Below are positions 1 to 13,400 of a stretch of 64,000 nucleotides of DNA, piece after piece. Below the pieces are notes generated by a model that worked only from the letters and a program-made list of their open reading frames with translations, ran no database searches and was not told the origin of the DNA. The DNA lies in assembly GCA_002269645.1 (NCBI GenBank), contig NIVC01000725.1, positions 248,296 through 312,295 of the forward strand. Direction: 5' to 3'. A program made the position numbers and the translations under genes. This DNA comes from Macrostomum lignano. Its lineage: Eukaryota. Every line of letters starts with the position of its first letter. The first letter of the stretch is position 1.

Positions 1-2580
1 GCCAACAATAAAAAGCTCCAGCAGCCAACCGGCAGTGGCGGTGAAAACCGTCTGAAACTGCCCACTCATAGTGGCGTGGCGGAGACATCGCAGTCAAAAT
101 TGTTTGAGGCAGAGAAGTCAGAGCAGGGCCAGCCAACCAGCAACGTTCAAACCAGCAGCCAGCCAATCAGCAGCCAGCCAACCAGCAGCCAGCCAATCAG
201 CGGCCAGCCAACCAGCAACCAGCCAATCAGCAGCCAGCCAACCAGCAGCCAGCCAATGGGCGGAGGTCGTCGAGCTCCAGACGCGGTGTCGGCCTACGCC
301 GGCTTCCTCAGTGGCGCCACGGTTCGCGCGCTGCTGCAGCCGCTGGACGTGATCAAGATCAGGTGGCAACTGCAGCTGGAGTCCATCAGCAGACGGGGTG
401 ATGGCGGCACCTACCAGAGCCTGCCGCAGACTGTGGGCCGAATCCTACGGGAGGAAGGCGCTCGAGCACTGTGGAAGGGTCACGTGCCCTGCCAGGTGGT
501 GTCGGTGCTGTTCAACTCGGTGCAGTTTTACACCTTCGAGCGCAGCGGGCCGCCAGTTCGGGAGCTGCTCGGAGGCGGCAGCGACTTTGGTGCAGACTTT
601 GTGTGCGGCGGCATCTCTGGGGTAGCGGCGGCGCTGAGCTGCCACCCGTTCGACACCTTGCGGACACGGCTGATTGGGCAGAGCGAGAAGAACCGCGTGT
701 ACTCTGGTCTGGTGCACGCTGTGACCCACATGTGGCGGTCGGAGGGTCCGCGTGTGTTCTTTCAGGTGGGTCACTGATTGGCGTGTTCTTCCAGGTGGGT
801 CACTGGAAGAACACTGAATGGGTCACTGATTAGTGTGTTCTTCCAGGTGGGTCACTGACGGGTGTGTGTTCTTCCAGGTGGGTCACTGATTAGTGTGTTC
901 TTCCAGATGGGTCACTGATTAGTGTGTTCTTCCAGGTGGGTCACTGATTAGTGTGTTCTTCTAGGTGTGTCACTGATTGCTGTGTTTTTCCAGGTGGGTC
1001 ACTGATTGTTGTGTGCTCTTCCAGGTGGGTCACTGATTGATGTGTGTTCTTCCAGATGGGTCACTGATTGGTGTGTTCTTCCAGGTGGGTCACTGATTAG
1101 TGTGTTCTTCCAGGTGGGTCACTGATTAGTGTGTTCTTCCAGGTGGGTCACTGATTAGTGTGTTCTTCCAGGTGGGTCACTGATTGCTGTGTGTCTTCCA
1201 GGTGTGACACGGATCGGTGTGTACTATGTTTCGTTGGCTTTCCACGTTACATACTGGCCCTGTAGGTCAGAGTGGCCCTGTGCCGTAGCAAATCTGCAGT
1301 CTAATATCTTGCTCCATCACTTTGCCGCAGGGCCTGGGCCCCAACCTGGCCATGATGGCCGGTCAGTCCAGTGTGCACTTTGCCGTCTACCACGGCCTGC
1401 GCCGCCTCCTGAACGACGTCGATGGCAGCGTCGGAAGTAGCGGGGGCGACGCCCTGACGGCGGGTTTCGCGGCCGGCGTGGCAGCCAAGTCGGTGGTTTA
1501 TCCGCTGGACGTGCTGAAGAAGCGCCAGCAGGTCCGTGGCTTCGAGGCTGCCCGACTCTGCTTTGGCCGGGTGCAGGTGAGGCTGGAGCTGGTATGGTAG
1601 TCATATCCCAGTCGCATCCAAGTCACATCTCAGTCACATTCCAGTCACATTAGAATAACACCCTAGTCACATGCCAGTCACATATTAGTCACATACCAGT
1701 CACATCCCAGTCACATCTCAGTCATATCCCAGTCACATTCCAGTCACATCACATTACAATAACACCCTAGTCACATGCCAGTCACATTCCAGTCGCATGC
1801 CAGTCACATCAATCACAGGTAGGCCATATCCCAGTCACAGGTAAGCTACATCCCAGTCACACCCCAGTCACAGATAAGCCACATCCCAGTCACAGGAAAG
1901 CCACATCCCAATCACAGGTAAGCCACCTCCGAGTCACAGATAAGTGACATCCCAATCACAGCTCAGTCACATCGCAGTCTCAGATAAGTCACATCCCAGT
2001 CACAGATAAGCCACATCCCAGTCACATCCAAGACACAGATAAGCCACATATCAATCACAGGAAAGCCACATCCTAGTCACAGATAAGCCACATCCCAGTC
2101 ACATCCAAGACACAGATAAGCCACATCTCAATCACAGGAAAGCCACATCCCAGTCACAGATAAGCCACATCCAAGTCACAGATAAGTCACATCCCAGTCA
2201 CAGGTAAGCCACATCCCAGTCACAGGTAAGCCACATCCAAGTCACAGATAAGTCACATCTCAATCACAGGAAAGCCACATCCCAGTCACAGGTAAGCCAC
2301 ATCCAAGTCACAGATAAGTGACATCCCAGTCACAGGTAAGCCACATCCCAGTCACACCTGAGCCTGCCACAGCTCATCCAGTGCCCCCAATTCGCTGCTC
2401 AAACCGCAGACTCCGGCCAGTCGCTGGGCCGCTGCCTACGCAGCCGACATGATTCGCCGAGAAGGCGCCACCGCGCTGTTCAAAGGCTTCGTTCCCGCTG
2501 CCATGAAGTCTGGTCTGGTTACTGGGCTCACGTTTTACACCTATGAGGCCTATGTGTCCCTGCTGGTTGATAACCGCTAA
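1..2580 (+). CDS. SLC25A19: Mitochondrial thiamine pyrophosphate carrier (SLC25 family), 3 exons: <1..765, 1331..1576, 2410..2580; first in-window ATG at 256
   Basis: Three carrier signature repeats (QPLDVIKIRWQLQ, HPFDTLRTRL, YPLDVLKKRQQ) plus LWKGHVP and LFKGFVP motifs typical of SLC25A19/TPC1. GT-AG introns 766-1330 and 1577-2409 are both phase 0 and join into one frame ending in TAA at 2578-2580. The frame has no stop from base 1. Confidence 0.9.
752..1205 (+). repeat. ~29-31 bp minisatellite (GTGTGTTCTTCCAGGTGGGTCACTGATTA), ~15 copies, built from the exon1/intron1 junction
   Basis: The unit can be read directly. The first copy overlaps the end of SLC25A19 exon 1 and its GT donor. Confidence 0.92.
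1590..2360. repeat. AGTCACATCCC / AGTCACAGATAAGCCACATCCC minisatellite filling SLC25A19 intron 2
   Basis: Degenerate tandem units of about 10-22 bp are visible between the donor at 1577 and the acceptor at 2409. Confidence 0.9.
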
Positions 2581-2821
2581 ACAGGCAAATGGTGGTGCGA
2601 ATCCCGTCCTGATTTTAGTTTATTGCAAATTTCACTACTAATACTACTTTATAGTAATATTTCAAAAACCCTTGCCTTTAGAAGCTTTTTTCCAGCTGTT
2701 TCTTTTGTCTTCGTTTAGAAGTTGGCGCCTAAATTCCTATGATAAAAATGAAAGTTTAAATAGTCACTCGTGTACTTCTGTTTCGGTTTTTGTCCAGGAT
2801 TTCTTTGACGGAATTGTGCAC

Positions 2822-3300
2822 GTTCAGGAGCGGATTGGGGGCGGATGTTCAGGAGCGGATTGGGGGCGGATGTTATTGAGCGGATTGGGGGCGGATGTTA
2901 TTGAGCGGATTGGGGGCGGATGTTATTGAGCGGATTGGGGGCGGATGTTATTGAGCGGATTGGGGGCGGATGTTCAGGAGCGGATTGGGGGCGGATGTTA
3001 TTGAGCGGATTGGGGGCGGATGTTCAGGAGCGGATTGGGGGCGGATGTTATTGAGCGGATTGGGGGCGGATGTTCAGGAGCGGATTGGTGGCGGATGTTT
3101 AGGAGCGGATGTTCAGGAGCGAATTGGAGGTGGATGTTCAGGAGCGGATTGGGGGCGGATGTTCAGGAGCGGAATGGGGCGGATATTCAGGAGCAGATTG
3201 GGGGCGGATGTTCAGGAGCGGATTGGGGGCGGATGTTCAGGAGCGGATTGGGGGCGGATATTCAGGAGCGGATTAGGGGCGGATGTTCAGGAGCGGATTT
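2822..3300. repeat. 25-bp minisatellite GTTCAGGAGCGGATTGGGGGCGGAT
   Basis: Tandem units can be read directly. The core is shared with the array at 34945-36170. Confidence 0.92.
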
Positions 3301-3994
3301 GGATTCTCACTGTAGACTGTAAGGTGTAGATTTGCAAAGTCTACAAAGTCTATTTCTTGCGTCTTTGCAATGATCTTTCTTGGCTGAAATTTCATGAAAC
3401 TTTGCTGTGGTTTTTTTTGTAAATTCATTAGTTATTTCGAATGCTTCAAATATATATTGTATTGCTAGATTCTTTTTTTAAATAAAAAACATACAGTTAA
3501 CACAATTTTTTTCTGATTTTTGTAAAGCAAAAAAACAGTTTGCGCATTTATTTGTTCCAGCTACTAGCAGTAGTATGCTTGGTTAAAGTTTAGTTAAAGC
3601 GTAAAAGTTGTTGATGTTTGATGTTAGCTTAAGAGTGCATAAAAGCAATTGAAAAAAACGCATTGCAGACACTTTTGTTCCAATCGCATTGGAAAAATTA
3701 TGATGACTTTTGACAAGCGAAGGTGTAAAGCTGATTAAAGATTCAAAATATGTACACAACAGTTCTTAAAAAAGTATTAGTAGTGCTAATATATAAGCTG
3801 CTATGTCAGTCGCGCTTATCAGAACCCAAGCAAATTATCACGCTTCTCTCATGGACTTTCAATTCAACCTTCACGGTCTCCGGAATCTGTGGGCGGATTT
3901 TATAATGGTTGGTGAGCGTTTGAAATATTACTGGCGAATGATGGAGTCGAATGGGATGAGCGCGTATGGGGGATTACAGGATCTGTTGAATTAT

Positions 3995-4370
3995 GAAAAC
4001 TAGAAAATTATGCAATTCGGGGGATTTAGGAAACCAGGGGAATTATTAAATCTAAGGAATTATAAAAATCTAGGGGAATTATGAAATCCGGGGGAATTAT
4101 AAAAATCTGGGGGAATTATGAAATCCGGGGGAATTATAAAAATCTGGGGGAATTATGAAATCCGGAGGAAATTATGAAATCCTGAGTATTGTGAAATTAT
4201 TGCAATTATGAAATCAGAGGGAATTATGAAATCCGGGGGAATTATGAAATCCGGGGGAATTATGAAATCCGGGGAATTATGAAATCCGGGGGAATTATGA
4301 AATCCAGGGGAACTATGAAATCCAGGGGAATTATGAAATCCAGGGTATTTATAAAATCTAGGGGAATTAT
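3995..4370. repeat. 18-19 bp minisatellite GGGGGAATTATGAAATCC
   Basis: Tandem units can be read directly. Confidence 0.9.
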
Positions 4371-4442
4371 GAACCCCTTAGTAATAAAAGGGAGTAATGC
4401 AACCTCACTAATGAATGGTTTGAGAAGCTGCTCACGTCTCAG

Positions 4443-7400
4443 TCAGTATGACCTGGCCTCAGCCTTCGGCCGCTTCAGCTGCACCTTGAGCCGCTTGCAG
4501 CCCACCTGGAAGCCGTTCATGGCCTGGATGGCCAAGGCGGCAGAGGTGGCATTGTCGAAGCTGACAAAGCCGAAGCACTTGCTCTGGCTGGTGGCCCGGT
4601 CAATGTACACCTTGGCGGAGATCACCGTGCCGAATGGGGCGAACATCTGGGCGAGTTCGCAGTCGCCAAACTCGGCGGGCAGATGATAGATGAACAGGTT
4701 GGCAGCGTCTGGCCCGGTGAGAATGAAGTCGCTGGAGCCGTCCTTGTGCTGCACCGGCATTGTGATGGCGCGCTGGGCGATGGCCGCGGCAGAGATGGCC
4801 GGGTAGGCCGATGGGTACGCGGCTGCTGGTGGGTGGCAGGTGCGGGATGGGGTGAGAAAATTTCCTATCGTTCGTTTCGAGTGGCAACATCCGGTGGACA
4901 TTAAAGTACACAGGTGGACATTATGGCACACAGGTGGACATTATGGCACACAGGTGGACATTATGGCACACAGGTGGAAATTATGACACACAGGCGGACA
5001 TTATGACACACAGGTGTACATTCAAGCACACAGGCGGACATTATGGCACACAGGTGGACATTATGACACACAGGTGGACATTATGGCACACAGGTGGACA
5101 TTATGGCACACAGGTGGACATTATGGTACACAGGTGGACATTATGGCACACAGGTGGACATTATGGCACACAGGTGGACATTATGGTACACAGATGGACA
5201 TTCAAGCACACAGGTGGACATTATGGTACACAGATGGACATTCAGGCACACAGGTGGACATTATGGCACACAGGTGGACATTCAGGCACACAGGTGGACA
5301 TTCAAGCACACAGGTGAACATTCAGGCACACAGGTGGATATTCAGGCACGCAGGTGGACATTGTGGCACACAGGTGGACATTCAGGCACACAGGTGGACA
5401 TTATGGCACGTAGGTGGACATTGTGATACACAGGTGGACATTCAAGCACACAGGTGAACATTCAGGCACACAGGTGGACATTCAGGCACACAGGTGGATA
5501 TTCAGGCACACAGGTGGACATTCAGGCACACAGGTGGATATTCAGGCACACAGGTGGACATTCAAGCACACAAACATGAACATATACTAGTACATATCCT
5601 TAAGATAGCAAACGCATTATACAACGCAGGCAATCAAGCATCTCTCACCCATAGATGCAAACGGATGCATAGTGGCCGAGTACATGGCGTGCTTTGGCTC
5701 AGAACCTACAATTGGAAAGTTTAGGAAACGGATCTTATGTACGTGCATTGGTAATTGGGATTATCTAGAAATGGGAGAATTGGGATTGATTATCTGGGGA
5801 ATTGGGATTGATTATCGACGGAATCGGGATTGATTATCTGGGAAATTGGCATTGATTATCTGGGGAATTGGGATTGATTATCTGGGAAATTGGGATTTAT
5901 TATCTGGGGAATTGAGATTGATTATCTGGGGAATTGAGATTGATTATCTGGGGAATTGAGATTGATTAACTGGGGAATTGAGATTGATTATCTGGGGAAT
6001 TGGCATTGATTTTTTGGGGAATTGGGATTGATTATCGGCGGAATCGGGATTGATTATCTGGGGAATCGGGATTGATTATCGGCGGAATCGGGATTGATTA
6101 TCTGGGGAATCGGGATTGATTATCGGCGGAATCGGGATTGATTATCTGGGGAATCGGGATTGATTATCGGCGGAATCGGGATTGATTATCTGGGGAATCG
6201 GGATTGATTATCTGGGGAATCGGGATTGATTATCGGCGGAATCGGGATTGATTATCTGGGGAATCGGGATTGATTATCGGCGGAATTGGGATTGATTATC
6301 TGGGGAATTGGGATTGATTATCTGGGGAATTGGATTGATTATCTGGGGAATTGGGATTGATTATCTGGGGAATTGGGATTGATTATCTGGGGAATTGAGA
6401 TTGATTATCTGGGGATTGATTGATTATCTGGGGAATTGGGATTGATTATCTGGGGAATTGGGATTGATTATCTGGGGAATTGGGATTGATTATCTGGGGA
6501 ACTTGGTGGCTAGTATTCCCCCGTCAGAGGATTGGGGATTTACAGTGGGCTTCAGTATCAAATATCTCAGCCGATATGTATCGAAAATGCATTTCACTCA
6601 CTATTAAAAAATGCATTCGAAGCGCCACCGTTGGAGGTGAAAATCTGCGACTGGTCAGGCGGGCTGCCCGGGTTCCCGGCGGCAACAAGAGCGGTCGGCA
6701 GCTGCAGATGGTGCGGCGGTGGCGGAGGCGGCGGGACGGACATCGGCGCCTGAAGCTGCGGTGGTGCGCCAAGGCCGGCCAAAGCTGATTGAGGACTCTG
6801 CAGGCCTGGCAGTGCCTGATGGTGTTGCTGCTGCTGCTGCTGCTGCTGAGCAGCCTGAAGCTGCACAGCGAGTGCCGCCATGGGGTTCACGTAGCCGGAG
6901 CTCTGCTGCAGCTGGTTCTGCTGCACCAGTGATGGGATTAATTTGGGATCATGTATGGGATTCCAATCCCATATATTGGGATTCCTATGTTGATAGGACC
7001 AACATGGGATCACAGATAGGGTCACAGATGGATTAATTAGGGCTCGTAGGTTGAATCAATTTAGGATTGTAGATGGGATCAATTTGGGATCATAGTTGGG
7101 ATCAATTTTGGATCATAGATGGGATCAATTTGGGATCATAGATAGGATCAATTCGGGATCATAGATGGGATCAATTTGGGATCATAGATGGGATCAATTT
7201 TGGATCATAGATGGGATCAATTTTGAATCATAGATAGGATCAATTCGGGATCATAGATGGGATCAATTAGGGATCATAAATGGGATCAACTAGATCGTAG
7301 ATGGGACCAATTTGGAATCCTAGATTTGATCAATTGAGGATCATAGATTAGATGCGTTGAGGATTGTAGACAGGGATTAGTATCAATTTTGATGGGGTGG

Positions 7401-10400
7401 GATCACAAATATTGGATCAATATGGAATTTCAGATGGGATCAATTTGATAACGGCATAAAAACGGCATCAATGTGGGATCAGGGAAGATGGGATCAAGCT
7501 AGGACCCAGCACATCCCGAATCTCATATCCTGTCTCCCTACTCACCTGCAACAGGTGCGACTGTCCTCCAGCGGCCGCCATGTGCTGCCCGATCCCGAAG
7601 CCGGGGCTGTAGGCGCTTAGCGGCCCCACAGTCTGCTGCAGCTTGCGGATCTGCCGCTCCCGCTCGTTGTCGGCGAATTTCACCACAATGGAGCTGGTGG
7701 CCCCCTGCGGTGCAGTAATGTGAGATAGAAGTTCAATACTTGTCATACGTACTACTGTCACTTGGAATTGTTCAGTAGTATGACGGGACTGTGGTTGAAC
7801 GGTTGATTGAATGTTTTAGGGAGGCATCTATAGGGAATGATTCAGGGAAGCAGTGAACAATGATTCAGGGAAGCAGTGAACAATGATTCAGGGAAGCAGT
7901 GAACAATGATTCAGGGAAGCAGTGAACAATGATTCAGGGAAGCAGTGAAGAATGATTCAGGGAACTAGTGAAGAATGATTCAGGGAAGCAGTGAAGAATA
8001 ATTCAGGGAACTAGTGAAGAATGATTCAGGGAAGCAGTGAAGAATAATTCAGGGAACTAGTGAAGAATGATTCAGGGAACTGGTGAAGAATAATTCAGGG
8101 AACTGGTGAAGAATAATTCAGGGAACTGGTGAAGAATAATTCAGGGAACTAGTGAAGAATGATTCAGGGAAGCAGTGAAGAATGATTCAGGGAAGCAGTG
8201 AAGAATGATTCAGGGAAGTAGTGAAGAATGATTCAGGGAAGCAGTAAAGAATGATTCAGGGAACTAGTGATCGTAGCATCTCACCGGCATAGTCTGACTG
8301 CCGTGCAGAGTGTTGATAGCATTCTGAGCCTGAATATGGGCGGAGAACTTGATGAAGGCGCAGCCTTTGCTGTTGCCATGCTGGTCGCGCAGCACGGTGA
8401 TTTCCTCAATGCAGCCGAACGGTTCGAACAGCTTTCGAACATCGGATTCGGACTGCTGTTTGGACAGCATCCCGACAAACAGCTTGCAGTCGTCTGCGAG
8501 CGGTGAAAATAAACATTTTCATTATTTTATATTGCGTTCTTTCTACTTACAGTAAAGCAACAAGAAAAAGTACTACTATTTTTGTTCTGGAAATAAAGAA
8601 TAATGAATAATGTTAACAATTTCATGGCTGACTATTTAAACTCTGGATACTATTTAAAATCTAGTCTAAATCCGGGATATTGGAATGGGATTTGAGAATT
8701 TACTTTACTACGAGACTTACCCTCGTGCCCGGGCACTGTGGCGAGCTGGTGCTGAATGAGCCGAATTTTACTACTATTATTATTGTTATTATGCATACTA
8801 CTAATATTATAACTATTCGTAGCGCAGGATTTGTAGTTGTTGCTAAGCGGCTTGGCTCCGAAGCCTGCATCAGCCAGGCCCAGCTTACTGGCATAATAAG
8901 GGAACTCGGGTTCCATGCACCCTGTCGGTTTGCCCGCGGCCTGGCAAGTCAACGACGTCGAAGGCGACGGCAATGGCATCTGGTGGTTGTGCTGCAGATA
9001 ATATGGATGCTGATACTGCTGCTGGCTGATGGTCTCCGCTATCATGGTGGCTTAAGCTTTCAACTTCGCTTTCAATCGCTTTCAAAAGAGATTCTGTCTG
9101 AAGCTCCTGATCCAGCAGGCCCTCCTCGAGATTTTATAAGGTGGGGGAGAAGGCAGGAGAGAATAGAGAGACAAGGGACTCCGGCGGGGGAGGGTGGGGT
9201 GGGTGAGTGGCGGGATAGGCCGGAAAACGATAAACAACCCCCTCCCCCCCATTCAGCAGCCCCCTCTGCCCCTATTCCGGGTGGATTGGCGGGAAATGAA
9301 AAGCGCCGTCCCGCCACCCCCACCAGCCAGACCCTCAACCCCCCCCCATGTGCCGACCTCACTCGCGCGGGCCCTCAGACCCCCTCAGTCAGAAAGGAAG
9401 GAAGACGTCAGTGAAGTGCGTGCGTGTCAGCTTATTTTGCCTTTAATTATTTTCTCTTTTACTCATTTAGCTAGGGGGAGAATGTTAATCTCAACAACGT
9501 CTGTCACTCGTTAGTTTTAGTTAGAGTTCGTAAACTACTGCACAACTGTCAACTATATGTATTTTACATCGAGTTTTCAGACTCGATTTCTCATTAATTT
9601 TTAGGACCTGACAGTTTCCCTGACACGTGAACTCCCAAGTCCTCTCTCAAGATGAGAAAAGATTGAACAAAATACATATTAGTTAATTAGGAACTAATGT
9701 CATGAAAGAGAAAACTCGGATTTCCATTTACTGACTGCATTAAACTAAATGCGGAATCTCCGGTTCAATCAACTATTCCAAATTTAACTGCTTTACTAAT
9801 TAACCGATTCACCGATTCATTCACTCGCCATTCACAGATTCCTTCACTGATCCCGATTGATCTATTCACTCACTGAATCACCGATTAACTCACTAAATCA
9901 CCAATTCACTCACTAAATCACCGATTCACTCACTAAACACCGATTCACTCCAATTAAATCACCGATTCACTCACTAAATCACCGATTCTCTCACTGAATC
10001 ACCAATTCACTCCAATTCAATCACCAATTCACCAACAGAATCACCAATTTACTCACTGAAATCACCGATTCACTCACAAAATCACCGATTCACTCACTGA
10101 ATCACCGATTCTCTCACTAAATCACCTTTTTTACTCACTAAATCACCTTTTCACTCACTAAATCACCAACTGACTCCAATTCAATCACCGATTCACTCAC
10201 CAATTCAACGATTCACTCACTGAATCAACACTTCACTCACTAAATCACCGATTCACTCACTGAATTAACACTTCACTCACTAAATCACCGATTCACTCAC
10301 TAAATCACTGATTCACTCAATAAATCGCCGATTGACTCACCAAATTACCGATTCACTCACCAATTCACCGATTCACACACTGAATCACCGATTTGCTCAA

Positions 10401-13400
10401 TAAATCACCGGTTCTCTTATCTATTCACCGATTTATCAATTCACATATTCATTCACTTACTTAAAAATCGACTGACTCTTTGATTCACAAATCTCTTGAA
10501 ACGTCAATTCACGGATTCACTAATTAGACTATCCCCCTGATTCACCAATGCCAGGTTCACCAGTTCACCAATATGACGGCCGGTTTCATTGCGCTACAGG
10601 CTACCGGGACCCACAGGAACAGCTCAGGTCAGAACACACAGGAAAGTGAGATGTGGTACATAATTCGATCGCAGATCTGGCTGTGAACAATACCCCAGCT
10701 AATGCCTCCGACTCCCAAGTGAATATTTCCTGACCTGACAAATTTCGCTAATACGATCGCTATATGAAAGCCACCTGGGCTCCGGTACCCCCGGGACCCG
10801 ACTCGCCGAGCTCGTAGTGTGGCGACAATTCGCACATTTCAATATTGCGTCATCTGCACTCTCGCCTAATCTCTAGTCTAGAGCCTAAAATTGGAATCCC
10901 ATACACCAATTTCGCACGTTTTGGCGCAAAGTCTGCGTGCAGATTACGCAATCAATCCAAAGGGGTGGTTGGTGTTTTGTTTTGTTCGATAAATGAATTC
11001 GCAATGGCTATTATGCGGCATACTATGCAAATATGGGTCTAATTCGGTCACAATGAATTTTTAGTCAGCTGATGACTCATCAGGTCAGCTGATGACCTTA
11101 CTTGTCCTCCGACCAGCGCTATTTTGTACACTCATTTTTCAATTCTCAATCTATGGCTGAGACGGTTGCACCCAGTGAGACGATCTCTTCCTTGATCTGC
11201 TGCTCCGCCTTCTTCAGGCCCTTTCTGCTTTTACCCTTGTCTTCCCTGGTCTTCCACTCTCCTCCATTTTGTTGTTTCGCTCTTTAACCATCACCCTATC
11301 CTTTCCTCTTTTGCCTGCCTCACAATCTGCCTCACCCTCTGCCCCACCCTCTGCATCACTCTCTGCATCACTCTCTGCATCACTCTCTGCATCACTCTCT
11401 GCATCACCCTCTGCATCACTCTCTGCATCACTCTCTGCATCACTCTCTGCATCACTCTCTGCATCACCCTCTGCATCACTCTCTGCATCACCCTCTGCAT
11501 CACCCTCTGCATCACTCTCTGCATCACTCTCTGCATCACCCTCTGCATCACTCTCTGCATCACTCTCTGCATCACTCTCTGCATCACTCTCTGCATCACC
11601 CTCTGCATCACTCTCTGCATCACTCTCTGCATCACTCTCTGCATCACTCTCTGCATCACTCTCTGCATCACTCTCTGCATCACTCTCTGCATCACTCTCT
11701 GCATCACTCTCTGCATCACTCTCTGCATCACTCTCTGCATCACCCTCTGCATCACCCTCTGCATCACTCTCTGCATCACCCTCTGCATCACTCTCTGCAT
11801 CACCCTCTGCATCACTCTCTGCATCACTCTCTGCATCACTCTCTGCATCACTCTATGCATCACTCTCTGCATCACCCTCTGCATCACTCTCTGCATCACT
11901 CTCTGCATCACCCTCTGCATCACCCTCTGCATCACCCTCTGCATCACTCTCTGCATCACTCTCTGCATCACTCTCTGCATCACTCTCTGCATCACTCTCT
12001 GCATCACTCTCTGCATCACCCTCTGCATCACTCTCTGCATCACTCTCTGCATCACCCTCTGCATCACTCTCTGCATCACTCTCTGCATCACCCTCTGCAT
12101 CACTCTCTGCATCACTCTCTGCATCACTCTCTGCATCACTCTCTGCATCACTCTCTGCATCACCCTCTGCATCACCCTCTGCATCACTCTCTGCATCACC
12201 CTCTGCATCACCCTCTGCATCACTCTCTGCATCACCATCTGTCTCCCTTTTCCTCACCTTCTGCCTCACCCTCTGCCTCCCCTTTGCCTCACCCTTTGGT
12301 TCCAAGACCCAAAATATAATACAACATGCTTCCCGAAAAATTTACCCCCATTTAAACCAGAGGGCAGCTGACCCCCCCCCCTGCTTCTCTTTTATCTCTC
12401 TCCCCTCTCTCTCTCCTTCATCATCCTACCCCTCAGCTATTCCCTCAGCTATTCTCTATGCCTCAGCTTCCTCCATTCAGATAATTTTTAAAGAAGATAA
12501 TTTCAGCTTTTCAAACTGAAATTAAAGTCATTTCACTACTAGCCATAGCTACTACTGAAAGTAAGCAAATCGAACTACGCAGTTTTTCTCGACAAAGACT
12601 GTCAGAAAGAGTATTAGTACAAAAACGAACTCTAATAATAGATGAGAAAAACAAGAATCAAGCGACCGGGGCTTCTTGCACGTGACGAATGAAGTTTGTA
12701 TTAAATAACGACGCAGAAGAGCAAAATATTCATTGGGCTTCCTATAAAATAGTCATGAATGTTCGGATTGCAAAAAGCTCTGCCTTTTCTCCTCCCATAT
12801 TACCCTCTCGTTCCCCTCTCGTTCCCCTCTCGTTCCCCTCTTGTTCCCCTCTCGTTCCCCTCTCGTTCCCCTCTCGTTCCCCTCTCGCTCCCCTCTCGTT
12901 CCCCTCCCGTTCCTTTCTCATTCCCCTCTCGTTCCCCTCGCTCCCCTCTCGTTCCCCTCTCGTCCCCCTCTCGTTCCCCTCGCTCCCCTCTCGTCCCCTC
13001 TCGTTCCCCTCTCGCTCCTCTCTTGCTTCCCTCTCGCTCCCCTCTCGTTCCCCTCCCGTTCCTTTCTCATTCCCCTCTCGTTCCCCTCGCTCCCCTCTCG
13101 TTCCCCTCTCGTCCCCCTCTCGTTCCCCTCGCTCCCCTCTCGTCCCCTCTCGCTCCCCTCTCGCTCCTCTCTTGCTTCCCTCTCGCTCCCCTCTCGCTCC
13201 CCTCTCGCTCCTCTCTCGCTTCCCTCTCGCTCCCCTCTCGCTCCTCTCTCGCTTCCCTCTCGCTCCCCTCTCGCTCCACTCTCATCCCCCTTCTTGATTC
13301 CCTCTCGTTCCCCTCTCGTTCCCCTCTCGTCCCCCTCTCGTTCCCCTCGCTCCCCTCTCGCTCCCCTCTCGTTCCTCTCTCGTCCTCCTCTCGTTCCCCT

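Noticed and set aside
3803-4003. 66-aa plus-strand ORF between SLC25A19 and CELF
   Set aside because: No recognisable motif, it runs into the minisatellite, and it is more simply explained as antisense to CELF 3'-UTR sequence.
11140-12305. Acidic (DAES/DAEG)n frame on the CELF sense strand with protein-like flanks
   Set aside because: TTG start only, an internal TAG near 11853, no convincing splice sites, and the 12-bp unit is open on both strands by chance.
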